A DNA stretch of 64,000 bases from NCBI GenBank assembly GCA_013115145.1, contig JAAPAO010000085.1, positions 22,908 through 86,907 on the forward strand. Direction: 5' to 3'. The notes below the pieces were generated by a model, which had not been told where the DNA came from, searched no databases, and saw only the letters and a list, made by a program, of their open reading frames with translations. Below, one piece after another: positions 1-13,500 of this stretch (positions are counted from its first letter, which is position 1; each line of letters starts with the position of its first letter). The translations under genes and the position numbers were made by a program. The stretch comes from Perkinsus chesapeaki ATCC PRA-425 (taxonomy: Eukaryota; Protista; Perkinsozoa).

Positions 1-737
1 TTAGTTATATGATTATCCATTACCCAGCGAAGGGCTTGGTAACCTTATTGGGGTCGTAGGTAGGCAGCCCGCACCCTACACTTGGTGGTTGGCTAGAAAG
101 GGAAGTGCTGAAGATACTTCAAGTTGTTCAAGAAAGAGGATGCCCTACCGTGTTGCGGGTGGTGGTGCCGAGTAAGCGTAGTCACCAAAGGTAGGCAAGG
201 GTTGTGGTCGGCTGTTGTTATTCTGTGGATGCCAGGCACTAGGGCGTGGAGGCTGATAGCTACTACTGTGGGGAGGGATGGACTGTGAGGCGAATCTAAG
301 GTTGAAGCTTGCAGTTTGTAGGGTGGTGGCGGCATCCTACCGATTATTTGTATCATTAGATGCCCCACCTTGCAGAAATGCCTTGAATAGTGCTAGCTGA
401 CCATTGCATTGTTCTTGGCCTAGAACCCATTGACAGTAACCATTATCGCTCCCCTTCACCTGAGAATGTGGTAATATGAAGATATTAAAGTGTCGTACTA
501 GACGACGAAGTAAAGGATATGATAGGATACATCCTAATGAGCGATGATGGATGTGATGATGTTGTTGAATTAACATTATGAATTTGACATAAGGCAACTG
601 ATGATCACCTCTTCAAAGGTCTTCCCATTATGTTTCCCAAATGTTATTCTCATCGATCCATCAGCAGCGGCTGTCGTTGTTGTCCCCATAGATTGGGTTC
701 GTATGATAGATGATCCTCCAGTAGAGGATCTCTGCAT
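1..737 (-). CDS. Spliced hypothetical protein with an FGKHxGKTFEEV...DxGYCxWVL motif; 3' exons uncertain and may run off the window edge
   Basis: ATG at 737. Exon 737-609 (..MRITFGKHNGKTFEE) joins across a GT-AG intron (608-460) to VKGSDNGYCQWVLGQEQCNGQLALFKAFL, rebuilding a short motif of the exodeoxyribonuclease-X C-terminal-like type. Confidence 0.5.
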
Positions 738-883
738 CATTAACCAAAGCAGTAGTGATGGTTGGTTGTTGTTGTGGTAAGGTGATGTGTATCTTGCGCA
801 CTTGATATTCTTTAGCTTGATCGATTGTTACCTTCTTGCCGAGTTTGTATTTGGAAATCTCTCTCCTGCCCCTTGGAGCAAAG

Positions 884-1392
884 ATGAAGTACGCAGCAGC
901 CTACCTGATGTCGGTCTTGGCCGGCAATGACGAGCCTACTGAGCAGGATGTCAAGGATATCCTTGCTTCCGTTAACGCCGAGTGTGATGACGAGGTAATA
1001 AGAAGGGCAAAACCTGCCGCCGCGCCGTTGATCGATTTCATCAGTGCTCCTGTTTTGACCTTATTTGTATCTTTCCCTGTTCAACCTGAGATTCCTGTTA
1101 TATAATATCATTTCTAATCAGATGCTCGCCAAGTTTTTCGCTCAAATCCAGGGCAAGAACGTCCACGAGTTGATCGCCACTGGCCTCACCAAGCTCGGCT
1201 CTGTCGCCGCCGCTGGTGCCCGCCCCGCCGCTGCTGGCGCCGGTAATAAATTCTTTCGAGTGCGGTGGTATAGAGTATCTTTATCGATTAGGTGCCGCCG
1301 CTGGTGGTGATGATGCCGCCGCTGCTGAGGAAGCCAAGCCTGTAGAGGAAGAGGAGGAGGAAGAGGAGATGGATTTCGATCTCTTTGACTAA
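884..1392 (+). CDS. RPLP2: 60S acidic ribosomal protein P2, 3 exons (884-994, 1122-1242, 1292-1392)
   Basis: MKYAAAYLMSVLAGNDEPTEQDVKDILASVNAECDDE N-terminus, Ala/Gly hinge and C-terminal EEEEEEEMDFDLFD; clean GT-AG introns. Confidence 0.97.
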
Positions 1393-1574
1393 ATCCTTGT
1401 TTGATGGCTGCAATCGGTTGTCGTCGTTAACTATTAACATCCTTGGTTCCGAGAGGCTATCTCTTTATGTGTTTAGTTAATATAGTATTAATAGAAATAA
1501 TATGATGATAAATGGATAAATAGTTGTTGTGTGGTCGTCATTAGTGACGCCTGTGTTGTTGTTATCGGCTCTAT

Positions 1575-4500
1575 ATGGCACCAATAGACCGAAGGCTATA
1601 TCTTGATCAACTTAAAGAGTTAGACCTACATAAAGAAGGAACACCACAGGAGGATGATAACCAGCACCCCTCATTAGGGCTCGATCCCCGTGAAGATTCA
1701 AAACTCAGACGGCAATGTCTACCACCAGCTGAGGCTAAAGCAGCTGATGTAAGTGTGTGTTGGGATAGAGGGGGTTACTATGGTGATGTTAGGAGCTGGA
1801 AGATGCACTTAGACACTTGAAATTGGAATCAGAGGGGTCATGCCGTGAAGTATTGGATTTAATGTGGCAACCTAGATTTAGAGAATGGCATTGGTTGGAT
1901 GATGAGAGTGATGGTTATCGTGGTAGAAGGGGTAATGGTATAGAAGATGATAGATATGCTGAGACCAATTATGATGGTTTATGTTGGGCTGGTGTATTCG
2001 ACGCTATGGATGCTGTTATTGCACAATACATGAACAATACGCCACCAGACCTTTTATTATTTATGGTAGGTTATAACAGTGGATGATGATAGGTGAAGTA
2101 GTGCTGCTGCTGTTGTAGGGGACGGAGGTTACTCTAGTTGATGAGGTTATTATAGAGCTCCTACGATGGTCTAAAATAGTATTAGTTAGCAACTCACAGG
2201 CCACGTTATTGTAATAATAAGGGAGGAGGTTTAATGGATGTTAAATGGGCTGATGCTTGGATAGATACAACTCATTCGATCGGATAATGTCATTGTTGGA
2301 CAGCCCTCATCCCAGGATTATAGTAGCCGCTTTAGATGTGTTATGGAATTACAACTATTCTACTACTAATATTTTCAAACGTAATAATAGCCTCCTCCTT
2401 ATAATGAACAAGAGTGACGGTGGTAATAGTAGGTGTGGTGCCAGTAGCAAATACTCAAACAACATCAATGACTGAGAAGATACAGATGGGGACTAGAATG
2501 AGGCTTAGTTGGTTAACGGAGGGATGGGAGAATTACAACCCAAGTTATGATATCCTGTGCTGTTGTAGTCAAGCAGCAGCAGCAGCAGGAACCAAGTTAA
2601 CGAAGTCGACAAATGATATGGTAGAATGGGAGGGGGTAGTAGCGATGTTGATGATGACGGTGTGTTACTTTTAGCCGCCTCAATTGGATCCACAAATTGT
2701 GAGGTCGACAGCTATGTCACTTCCTAAGAGCATTGACTTCATATTTGATTATCAACAACCAATAACGCATGAGATGAAGTCATTACATTGTACCTTATCA
2801 AAGGGGCAACAGGGGATAGACGCCGCGAATGAACTGATGGAAAAACTGCAAAATACTGTTACTGAGGAAACTGTATTGACGATGCTACGATACAGGCTCC
2901 GACACTCGTTGGCACTCTTAAAGGGTGACAGCGATGTTATGTTACTTTTCACAGCCATACGCCTATGTACGGTGGATATTACATTACAAATCAAACCACA
3001 TCATACACCACCGCCGTGTGGTAATATGGGATTACAAAACAACACATCTAGAGGGGATGGAACACAACAACAACGACCGCAGCAGCAACAGCAGCCAGCA
3101 TTGGGCTGGGGACCTTCTGGGATTGGTAGTGTACACCATTTGGTGCGCGTCATACCATCATAACCTACTCTAATCAGGTAGTGGATTCCTTCATATGTAC
3201 CTACAAACCTATCCAGCATTCCTTGGCCAGTTAGCAGCACTCCCCTTCTCTGCTGTATCCTATGCTGAAATGGTTAAAGGTGTATCTGTGTCACGGACAT
3301 TACCAATAGAAGTTGAGACAGTGTTATTATGGTGTTATCGTTTAATGAGTACAGTATTGATGGAAGCTACATTATTAGGAGCTGGAGGACAACAGTTGGT
3401 TGTTGGTAACAATGGGATATAGTTGGCTCGACAGAGCCATAAAATACGCACGCTTTGATAAATTCAACATTTTTGACGAAATTGCGGTCCTTGACGGAAT
3501 GGTGGTATGTGTTACAGTAGGGATAAGGGTTCACCATTCGTATCATTGGCAATTGTTAACTTGAACTATCTAGGACTCTGCCTCTATTGTTGTTGTCAGC
3601 ACTGGCATCATCATCTAATTTGGGATATATGACCAAGATGATCCAAGGATCGAGGGATAGGCTGATAAACGCATTAACGGAGCAACCGCCGGCTGTGGAG
3701 GGCAGCGCACTAGCACCACCTCAGCAACAGCAGCAGCCAAGATTTACCCAAAGCTTAACAGTATGCAGTGAATGTATTGATGTTATGACTAATCTAATAA
3801 CAGCTATGCAATATCCTAATATGTTGGTAACAGTAGGCAACATGTCTATGGTAATAATAATAACTACCGCCCACTACTACTACAGTTATAGATACTAGAC
3901 TTCCTTATACGATTATCAACTCATGAAGTGCCATTAGATTGGCATCATAATACAGTATTGGCATTGGTTAGTTGCTGCAAGTGCCTTGAGATAGCATTGG
4001 AGTATTCCCCCAGCTGTTTTGGTATATTATTCAGAGATCTCGGTGGCCTTGATAAGTAGAACTACTACCACCACCACCACCTGCTGAGGGTCTTATCTCT
4101 TTCTTGTTAGATTGTTGGATGTGGTGGCATCTTTATCGAAGGATTGTTATGATTGTTGGAAGTCGGCCGATAACACACCTGATGGTGTTGCTGGAGGAGA
4201 GGACTATGAGAAGATGCTCCTACTCTCGAATAGACGTAATAACCTTAGTAGTAGCATACAGGTTGGGGTGTACAGTGGGATGATGATGCAGGTAATGAAC
4301 TGCAAGCAGTGCTGAATCTATTGAAGACATCGGTACATAATATAGATCCAGGAGTGGGAATGAACCTTAATGAGGCGCTTAGTGGACATGAAGTTGATGA
4401 GGTAATGGCAAGGAGGCAATAGTATGGGGTGATGGAGGTGTTGTGATATTTAGGGTGGAGATGGTCTAACAAGTGATGCTATAAGACGAAGGAAGGAAGG

Positions 4501-7500
4501 CTTTCAGAAGGTTATGGTTAGATTGTATGGTGATGGTGCTATGGCTATTGGTGCTCAGAATGTAGGGTATCTATCTCAACTAATGCATTATATATGCGAT
4601 AATGATCCTATTATAATACCAACAGTTCTCGGTCCTAATGGTGAGCTTTTGAAGGCAGTCGCTAAGTGTCTGTCACCAGTACGAAGCTCGAGTTTTGCCC
4701 TCGGATGGACATCTACAGCATTGTCGAGCTTTTCTTTACATAACAGAGGAGCGGAGCTACTACGAGACCTGCCAAATGAGGATAACCCATTAACATTGTT
4801 GGTGCGGATGGTAATGTCTGGTCAAGGAGCGGGGGTTAGGCCAATATCCCCGCTGGCTGAAAAGGTCACTTCTGATCTACCGATGATGTTGAGTCAATCA
4901 CTTGAGGATATAGTTCGTAATCGTAATGAGTTGGCTAAACCTGTGGTGGAAGCAGTCTTTGCTGGGTTACAAGAGTTGATGGATTGGGCTGATGATGATT
5001 GGAATAGAAATCATAAGAGAAGTGGTCTATTGAGTGCTAAGTTGGCACCGGCTTGTAGGCTGCTCACATCGTTACTGCAGACGCACTCATCGATGGCAAA
5101 GCTATTGGTGATGACAGATGGTAAAGATGAAGCGAAGTCGGCTAAACCTGGTCAATCACTTTGTGATAAATTGATGAAGTTGGCAACTCATCCATCATTA
5201 CCTAAAGGCTCGACTATACTAGCACCAGTTGTTATGAGTGGTGCCAACCCTCCTACTGCCCAGACCCCACCATCACCATCACCGCAGCAGCAGCAGCAGC
5301 AGTCGAATCCACATTACCATCCTATAGTGGCCACCTTTAGAGCTTTGGAGAATGCATTCTATAACAATCTAAGTAATACCAAGAAGGGCAATAATGTGCG
5401 CATTGAGTGTCCGACAACAGCAACTGCTGCTGCTGCTGTTCACTTTCGACAATTTCTCATGCCTCTCTAAGCTACATCTGTTGGACCTTCTCTCATAGCT
5501 ATCAGAGCTGCTGTTTGATTGTTATATCTCTTCCTCAGGTCCAAGCCATGTCGGTGGTTCTTCTTCTTCATCCTCCCCATCCAATGAGCTCAACACTGGG
5601 GATTGCCTCCGTCCAGTAGCAAGCCTGGTGGTAGATGATGCTGAGAAGCTACATACACAACATGATAGTGGCAGCAGCACCAGCATGTTGGAGGTGATGA
5701 GATCTTTAGCGTTTGGGCTGAAGGTCTTTGGTCTGGTTCATACGCCTGTTAAGGAGAATGCTGGAGGATTGTTTGGTAATTCATCATCAACAGGAGGAGG
5801 GAGTTCCTCTACTAGAGACTACCTGAGCTACAGTCTTCTAGCTGTCACTGACACTGTGTGTAAGTATGCACCACAGCTACTAGAGGAGATTTCCCTGGCA
5901 AAGGAGGATGAGTACGGGGGAACTGATATAACATTGAAGCTCAACTCGCCGCCTAGTCAAGTTAGACGTTCACGGTTTATGAGGGATACTATTGATTGGA
6001 GGAAGGCAGTGGAGATGATGAGCGGTGCATCCTCTGGTGGTGAAGAGGAGGAGGATGTAGGGCAGTTAAGGTGGACATTGTGGAAAGTGGTGAAACAGTT
6101 TATTGAGGCAGTGGCGAAGTTGGCCAATACCCCAAGTGGAAGGATTAAGAAGGTTCATGATATGTTCTTTAGCAGTCTAAGCCAAAAACAAATATCCAAT
6201 GCTGCTAGGATTGCCTCTGTATTATTGAGCAATGCCTTTATCGATATGACCAAGAGATATCACACCCTCCAGGGTAAGGCAGCACTGTCACCATCATCAT
6301 CAGGGTTGGCTAGTCGAGCTAAGAAGAGGTAAGGAGGACTCGCTGGCTGGTTGGGATTGGCTGGATGATGATGGTCATGGTTATCAGGTTTATAACGGAG
6401 ATGTTTGATCTGTTGGTTAAGTGTCACGTGGAGGATAGGAGTCATCATACTAGGATATTATCGATTGATGCGATGTTTAAGGTAAATAAGGGGAGGCTGA
6501 GAGCTGATGATGTTATATGTTAGATGGGAGGATTCGGCAAGGAGTTTACTGATATGATTGTGGATATATCAAGGGGTAAAATGCCTTGCATGGGGTTCGA
6601 ACTCAGGACCTTTGTCGTCAGATCCCTTGACTGATGAGACACTATCAGCTTCTGTGTTGGGCTACTGTGAAAGGATCACTTCGATAAAGAGGATGGAGAA
6701 CTCTAGTCTCACTCAACCATCTCTCTTCCCTACCATCGATAAGAGCGCCTCTTTGGGCCTTCAGAGCTTCCTTAAAGTTGATGGCTATAAGTTGGTGAGC
6801 TCCCTTCAAGTGAGGCTGTCATCCGCATTATTACCATTATGGAGAGATGATGCATGGTTGGCTAGGGAGTCCCCTCCGACAGATAAGGAGGAAGATGCCA
6901 AGCAACAGCAGCAGCAGCCGCAGCCGCAGCAGCAGTCGCGGTATGTGATGTCTGCTAGGGCATGTGGTTCAATGGTTAAACTATTCACACATGTTGTTGA
7001 ACCAGACTCGAGAGTTATTGATATTACACCAGCCACTACAGCAGCAACACCTTCACCAGGAGGGGAAGAGACCCATCCTGCAGAGGCACACATTGCTGAG
7101 ATGTTAAGGGGTGCTGTAGTTAGACGCTTACCTCAGGGAGGAACTACGCCCGTAAACACTGCTGAAGCTGGATCCCCTAAGGAAACAACTGATGGTAGCG
7201 GCGGTGCTGGCGGGGATCCTAACATTGGCCTCGATAACTCATCAGCTGCACATTATGCGCAAAAGAATAACTTTATAGCGGTACTGGAGGATAGGGTGAC
7301 CGGCTTGAAGGGTGGAGGAGAGGGGCAAGCTGCTGTATTGGATTTACCAACAAAACTTACACCAAGTGAAGTTAGAAGGAATGCTGAGGATGTTGGCAAG
7401 GACTTTATATCTCGATGTGTAAATGTATCGAAGCTGGGCGGACAGCCTGGACATTGTGCTGATGTTATTGCTAGAGTTGCACAAAACTGCAATAGGGTTA

Positions 7501-10500
7501 GACTTGGGGTAACTGACAGAGAGCAAGAGGAGGAGTTTAGGGAAGATGAAGTAACACGAGTCCAGATACATATTAGAAACCTCCTACATGTTGTGGAGGT
7601 AGTGGGTGATGAGTTTATTAAAGAGATCAATACTGCGGCTGATGATGATGATGGCGGCGGCGGTGAGAAGTCACCAGATGCTTTACAGTGTCTGGCACAT
7701 GTATTGGCGTATTTGGTGAACTCTACAGAGAGGGTGAGGGCTACATTATGGAAGGGTCATAAGGCTGATAGGATAATAGAAGGGTTATGTCATTACTGTG
7801 AAGAGAGGGTAAAGGGTAATGATGATGATAGAATGATGGATGCTGCATTATGGAAGGATATGATGATGGATGAGGCAACGATGCTGGGAGCAACTCCTGA
7901 AGGGCCGGTTAAAGAGGACCAACAACAACAGCAGCAGCCGATGTTACCTAGTTGGTTGACAGAAGCCGTCCTTGTCATTGAAGGGCTTTGTGAAGAGCCG
8001 TATCTTTACACTGGCACATGGGACGCCCTTCAGATAAGGCTGTTATCCTCGGTTATGAGAGTGCTTACTGCATACGAGGAGAATCGTGGGCCACCTGAAG
8101 ATGGTAGTCAGAAGCTGGTTGGAGTTATGGTACCTTCACCAGACCTCACCAGAGCAGCATTGGAGGTCATGTCATTGTTGGTTAACAGGGAGGTAAGCAC
8201 CACCACCACCAAGTGCTGCTGCTGTTCGATGCGGGAACTCTTATCTGCTTCAGGCAAACTGTGTGGCAGTATTCGCCACCTCGCCAGGAAGTCTGATGTC
8301 GTTGTTGTGTCTGAGGCGTGCATCCTCTTATCCAGAGATAACCACTATGTTGGCCAGCATACTATCAAAGCTGTTGGAGAACAAACAGTTTATAGCGACG
8401 GTGATGGACTTGGCATTGATGCAGCTTAGTAGGGAAAATGAGAAGGATAAGAAGATGAGAGGCGGCAAGAAGGGAGGAACTAAGAAGATACATCATCATG
8501 ATCATCATACAGCCACTGAAGGACAGTAATTAGCCCCTCTTAACCTTATCTAGAGTATTATTATTCAGGGCCAATGGTGAGCAGTCCAGTGGTGGTGGTG
8601 CTCAATCATCTAAAGGGGTAGAGGTCGATGGTCATCTGGCATACAAGCTATCGGATATCCTGGCCAATCCTATGTTGAGAAGTCTCATGTTAAAGGATCC
8701 TCATACTGTACAGGAAGTCCTCCTTAAGGTAAAGCATTATCCTCGGGTATTAGTTGTATATTAGTGTGGTATAGGACCTGGTCAAGAAGAAGAAGAGGGG
8801 AGCTGTTGGAAGCAGTACATCTAGGGATGATGACGAGGATGAAGAAGGGGATGGGGGACATAAGAGTACTGTTATGGTTGCTTTGGCTAAAGGAGTTAAG
8901 GAAGGCTTTCGAAAAAGGTAAGGGTATCTTAGTTGTTACTGTTGTTGTCCCTATCTTCACTATTCAGTGATGGTAGGGCAGCCACTGCTTATCTATCTGG
9001 TGTCAACACTGCCAACTTCCCATACTCCATCCTCACTCTATCTGCTGAGTTCTTATTAAGAGCACTTGACCTTCTGTCATCCATAAGGAGGAGGAAGAAG
9101 TCCGATTGCCATTACCCCTTGGCCATATCTGTTGAAGCTGCTATGTACTACCATCACCACCACTGCCTCATACTCGACATCCAGTCTCTTTTAGGTACTT
9201 CTTTGATACTTTGGTGAGTAAAATACAATTCGCTGGAGCTAGCAAGGCTACAGCCGAGCAATCGGCTGGTTCTATTTCACTGACACCTCTAGCTACATCG
9301 AGGATGCTGTTGAATAAACCCATTCGGATTGAAGACTTCATCATCACAACCGTTGGTGATAAGTTATCATCCCTTCCTGTCGGTGGTAACTGTAATGGGC
9401 CTAATAACCGTGGTGGCAGCAGCAGCAGCAGTTTAAAGTCAGCCTTCCATCTCATATCTGGCTGCTGGACTCAGCTATGTGCATCATGTACACCTGATTA
9501 TACAGCAGATGAAGAAGAGGCTGAGGATAGGGTTAGGGTGTTGGAATGGTATAAAGGTCTAGCACAAAGACATATGCATGAACCATTCATTAAGTACAGT
9601 CATGCAGCTAAGACCAGCAACAACTCTACCACTGATGAAGAAGAAGAAGAAGAAGAAGAGCTTTCCTGGGTTATGTCAACTTATCGTCGCTTTGCTATAC
9701 TTTATGCTTTTCTATTGAAAGTTTCCACGATGGATGCAGTTGATGAAGTATTGGGTAAAGATGAGAGGCAACAGCTCACTGAAAACTGCAATGAGGTGTT
9801 GGGATCGATAATGCTCCACAGGTAGTAAATAACGCCGATCTAGGATGGCAGCAGCTTATTTGGTGCTTATATTCTCATCATCAGACCTTACTCTGCTGAC
9901 CTATCTGAGTCAGTCTTGGCTTGTATGGAGATATTAACACGTCCACCTCGGTTACAAAATGCAGGTGGGAAGAAGAAAACTGAAGTGGATGATAATATAG
10001 AAGAGGAGGAGGATGATGAAGGTAATGAAGATAGGCCTCGGTAGTACCGCATCCACCGACTGTGGTAGATTCCTCTCCGAGTGTAATATACCACTTTGGG
10101 CCACCAGCGGGGTTCCTGTTGGATGATGAGGACTCGGAAGAGGATGATGATGATGATGATGAGTTGATACCAACAATGATAGTAGAGCCTGTTATTGGTG
10201 ATGATGAAGAGGAGGGGGATGGTCAAGCTGATGAAGATGGTGCTGGAGGGGAATCGGGTCAACATGATGATGATGACCATGAAGGAGAGGATAATGATGA
10301 TGATGAAGAGGGAGATTGGGGTGATGATGATGAAGGTAGGTGGCTGTTGCTGCTGCTGGTGGGAGAGTGTTGTCTCACATCCTTCGCTATTTAGTGTATG
10401 ATCGCCTTGGTGAGGAGGATGAGGATGCTCTGCTGGATGAGCTAGAGGATGACGATGAAGACGACGACGAGCAGGAGATGATACTTCAAGAGTCGGAGAT

Positions 10501-13500
10501 CCATCCAGCGGAGGCACAGCCAGATGAGTTGGAGGAAGAGAGGGATCTTCAGTTGGAGAGAGAGCAGATGGAGAACATAGACCCTGATGATATGGAAGAA
10601 GAGGATGATGATGATGATGGTAGCAGTAATGATGATAGTGAAGATGATGAGGAGGAGGGTGATGAAGATGTGGATGATGGTGATGTGATGGATGTATTGA
10701 GAGATGTAAAATATGTAACAGGTTGAACGATACATGATTCTTCATAGGTTGTAATGGGAGCTACTGCTTCACCTCATCCCAGCACCTCAGCAGCAGCACC
10801 AGACAATTCAGCTGGAGAGGTGAGTGACGTACAAGTGTAGAGCTCTGATGAGTATTTTATTAGGCATCAACCCGTGATCAGCAACAACAGGAGGCTCTCC
10901 CTCATGGGCCATCTGATACTCCTCAAGAGAATGATGGGGGAGGGGATCATAGTACCGGAAGAGGAAGCAGCAGCAGTAGTAGTGATACTGGAAGTAGTAG
11001 CTTTGATGATGAGGACGACGGTGAGGTCGGCGGGGAGGATGAGGATGATGATGATGATGATGTTATACTGGAGGTAACCATTATTGCCATTCATTATAGC
11101 CGATGGTTATGTTGTATGGTTAGTTCGATGATGGTCATCATCAACATGATGATGATCCACATGAAGATGATATGATGGATGAAGATGAGAGCAGCTCAGA
11201 TGATGATGAAGATGATGATGAGGAAGGAGAGGGCAGTGATGATGATGACGATGACGCCTTCCCTATGTTTGGCTTTGATGGTGGTGAAATAGCACCACAT
11301 AGAGCTCGTCGTAGAAGAGGCGGTGGTGAGGATGGCCTTATGCTTCCCTTACTAGAGGATGGCCCCGGCAGAGTAACAGACAACTACCTGTATCAACAAG
11401 CATGTCTCTCTTCTCTCAGATGTTTCGCATTCGGGAGCTGGGTCCCCGTCGACGAGCCGGCCTTGGAGCTGTTGCTGGTGGTGGACAAGGATCCTCTGCT
11501 GATAGAGGCGGAATTGTTAACCCCAATGGAGTGCCTCCGAGCGCCGTGCTTAGTGAACAGGTGATGATGATGCCACATGAGCTCCAGCCACTGTACACTT
11601 CAACTTGTCCCTTTCAGAGTTTACTCTTACCTAAGCCTCCTCGAAAGGTCTGGAGCTTCACCGACCCAGATGATGGTGTAGACAAGCCGGGTGGAAGATA
11701 TTCAGCAGTTCATCCCTTCTTCGAGGGACGTCAAAATAACAGAATGCCCCCGTTGGTGTCGAGACCGCATGGCGACCCGAGCAGTTATCCTGCCACCGAG
11801 TTTGGTGAAGATACAGTTGATGTTATTTCTGGAGTCATAGAGCCCCCTAGCAGCCGAGCACTGGTTAATCTATTATGTAATAGAGTACAGACAGCAGTGG
11901 CAGAGGGATTGAGGGAAGAGACGCCTATCGAGGCTCCCACTGCTACTACACCAAAGCCGGGTAAAAGGAAAAGTGTTGCACAAGATGGGGAGAGGACACC
12001 AGCAACTGCTCCTGCCCTACCACCAAAGAAGAAGGCTAGACGAGGATCATCAAGAAGTAGGCGTAGTAGAGGACATGAGGGACGACAACAACAAGAGCAG
12101 CAGCAGCGGGGTACACCAGTTGCTGCAGCGGCATCTGCACCTGTTATGGACGAAGGAACACAGACTGCTGATACAACGGCAGAGATACCGCCTCCCACCA
12201 CTGCAGCTGGGGGAAGTGAAGGGGCACCTGTTGATAGTGAGGATACTCAGACAGGGAATGGGACGGCGGCCCCAGCAGCAGAAGCAGCAGAGGGAGGAGG
12301 GAGTGGGAGTGCTGCTGCTGCATCATCATCATCATCATCACCAGCTGCTGCACCTGCTGCTGCTGAGGGGGTTGATACCAGTCAATATCCTCAAGCTTGT
12401 ATTGATGCTGCTAACAGGATGAGAGTTCCGATTGCAGAAGTTGTTAGAAGGTCTGGCATTGACTTATCAGTCTTGGTTGAGCTCCCTCCTGATCTACAAC
12501 GTGAAGCTATATTTAATGCTATTGGAGAGATGGATGATGCTGTTCTTGGCGAACTGCGTATTCAATATAGACGAGAGAATCCCCAAACTGATAATAACCA
12601 CAACAACCAGGATGAGCACGTAACAAATACTACAGCCTTATAGGCTTAATCTTATTGTTAGGGTGATGGTGGTGGACTTGCTGCTGCTGCTGGTTTAAAC
12701 GATGCTAATGAGACCGCTGAGTTCCTCAATGCTTTACCACCAGACTTGAGGAGAGATGCCCTCATATCTATGCAGTTTGACGACCCAGGCTTGGTGGAGT
12801 CATTGCCGGTGGAGATGAGAGTAAGTCGACTTCCATGATACAGGAGACATCACCGAGTTCTACTCGATAGGCTGAAGCTTTGGCGGCGAGTCAGCAGCAA
12901 GCCCGTCGTCAGAGGAGAGTGGCTGCTGCCGCAGCGCAGATTGGAAGGCCTCGAAGGGGTCTATCTAACACGTCCCGCCTCGGTGGGAGTAGAAGTGCCC
13001 AACAACGCCAAGCCGAGGAGCAATCAAGAAGGCTTCGTGCAATGGGAGACAGCATTCGAGGTATCCCAAGTCCAGATAACATTGAAGATTTGAATAATGG
13101 TTCCTATTCAGGGTCAGTTGATAACATAATGCACTCAACAACAGCATCATCATCATCTGATGTTGGTGGTGGTGGCGGTGCTTCAGCAGCAGCAGCGCCT
13201 CGACGGATAGGAGCCTATCTTAATAATCCCTTCCTTGACGAACGAATCGGAGGAGGAGAGGCCATTACTTTCGATGACACCAACCCTGATGATGGTGCTC
13301 TGGTAGTTGGGCGACGGTTTGATAACTTCGCTCAAAGGCTTACCAGTGGAAGTAGAGGCCATCAACAGCTAGCTGCCATTATAAGGGAGTTTGGTAAGTG
13401 CGATCCTGCCCCGCTACTGATGATGCTTCATGGCTGTTATTTCAGAGTCATTAGCTAGCAGTAATGATACGTTCCTGTTTGAAGCCAATAGAGGGGTAGG

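Noticed and set aside
9888-12201. Long minus-strand His/Ile/Ser-rich ORFs
   Set aside because: Antisense shadows of the GAT/GAA-rich acidic exons of the HECT ligase.
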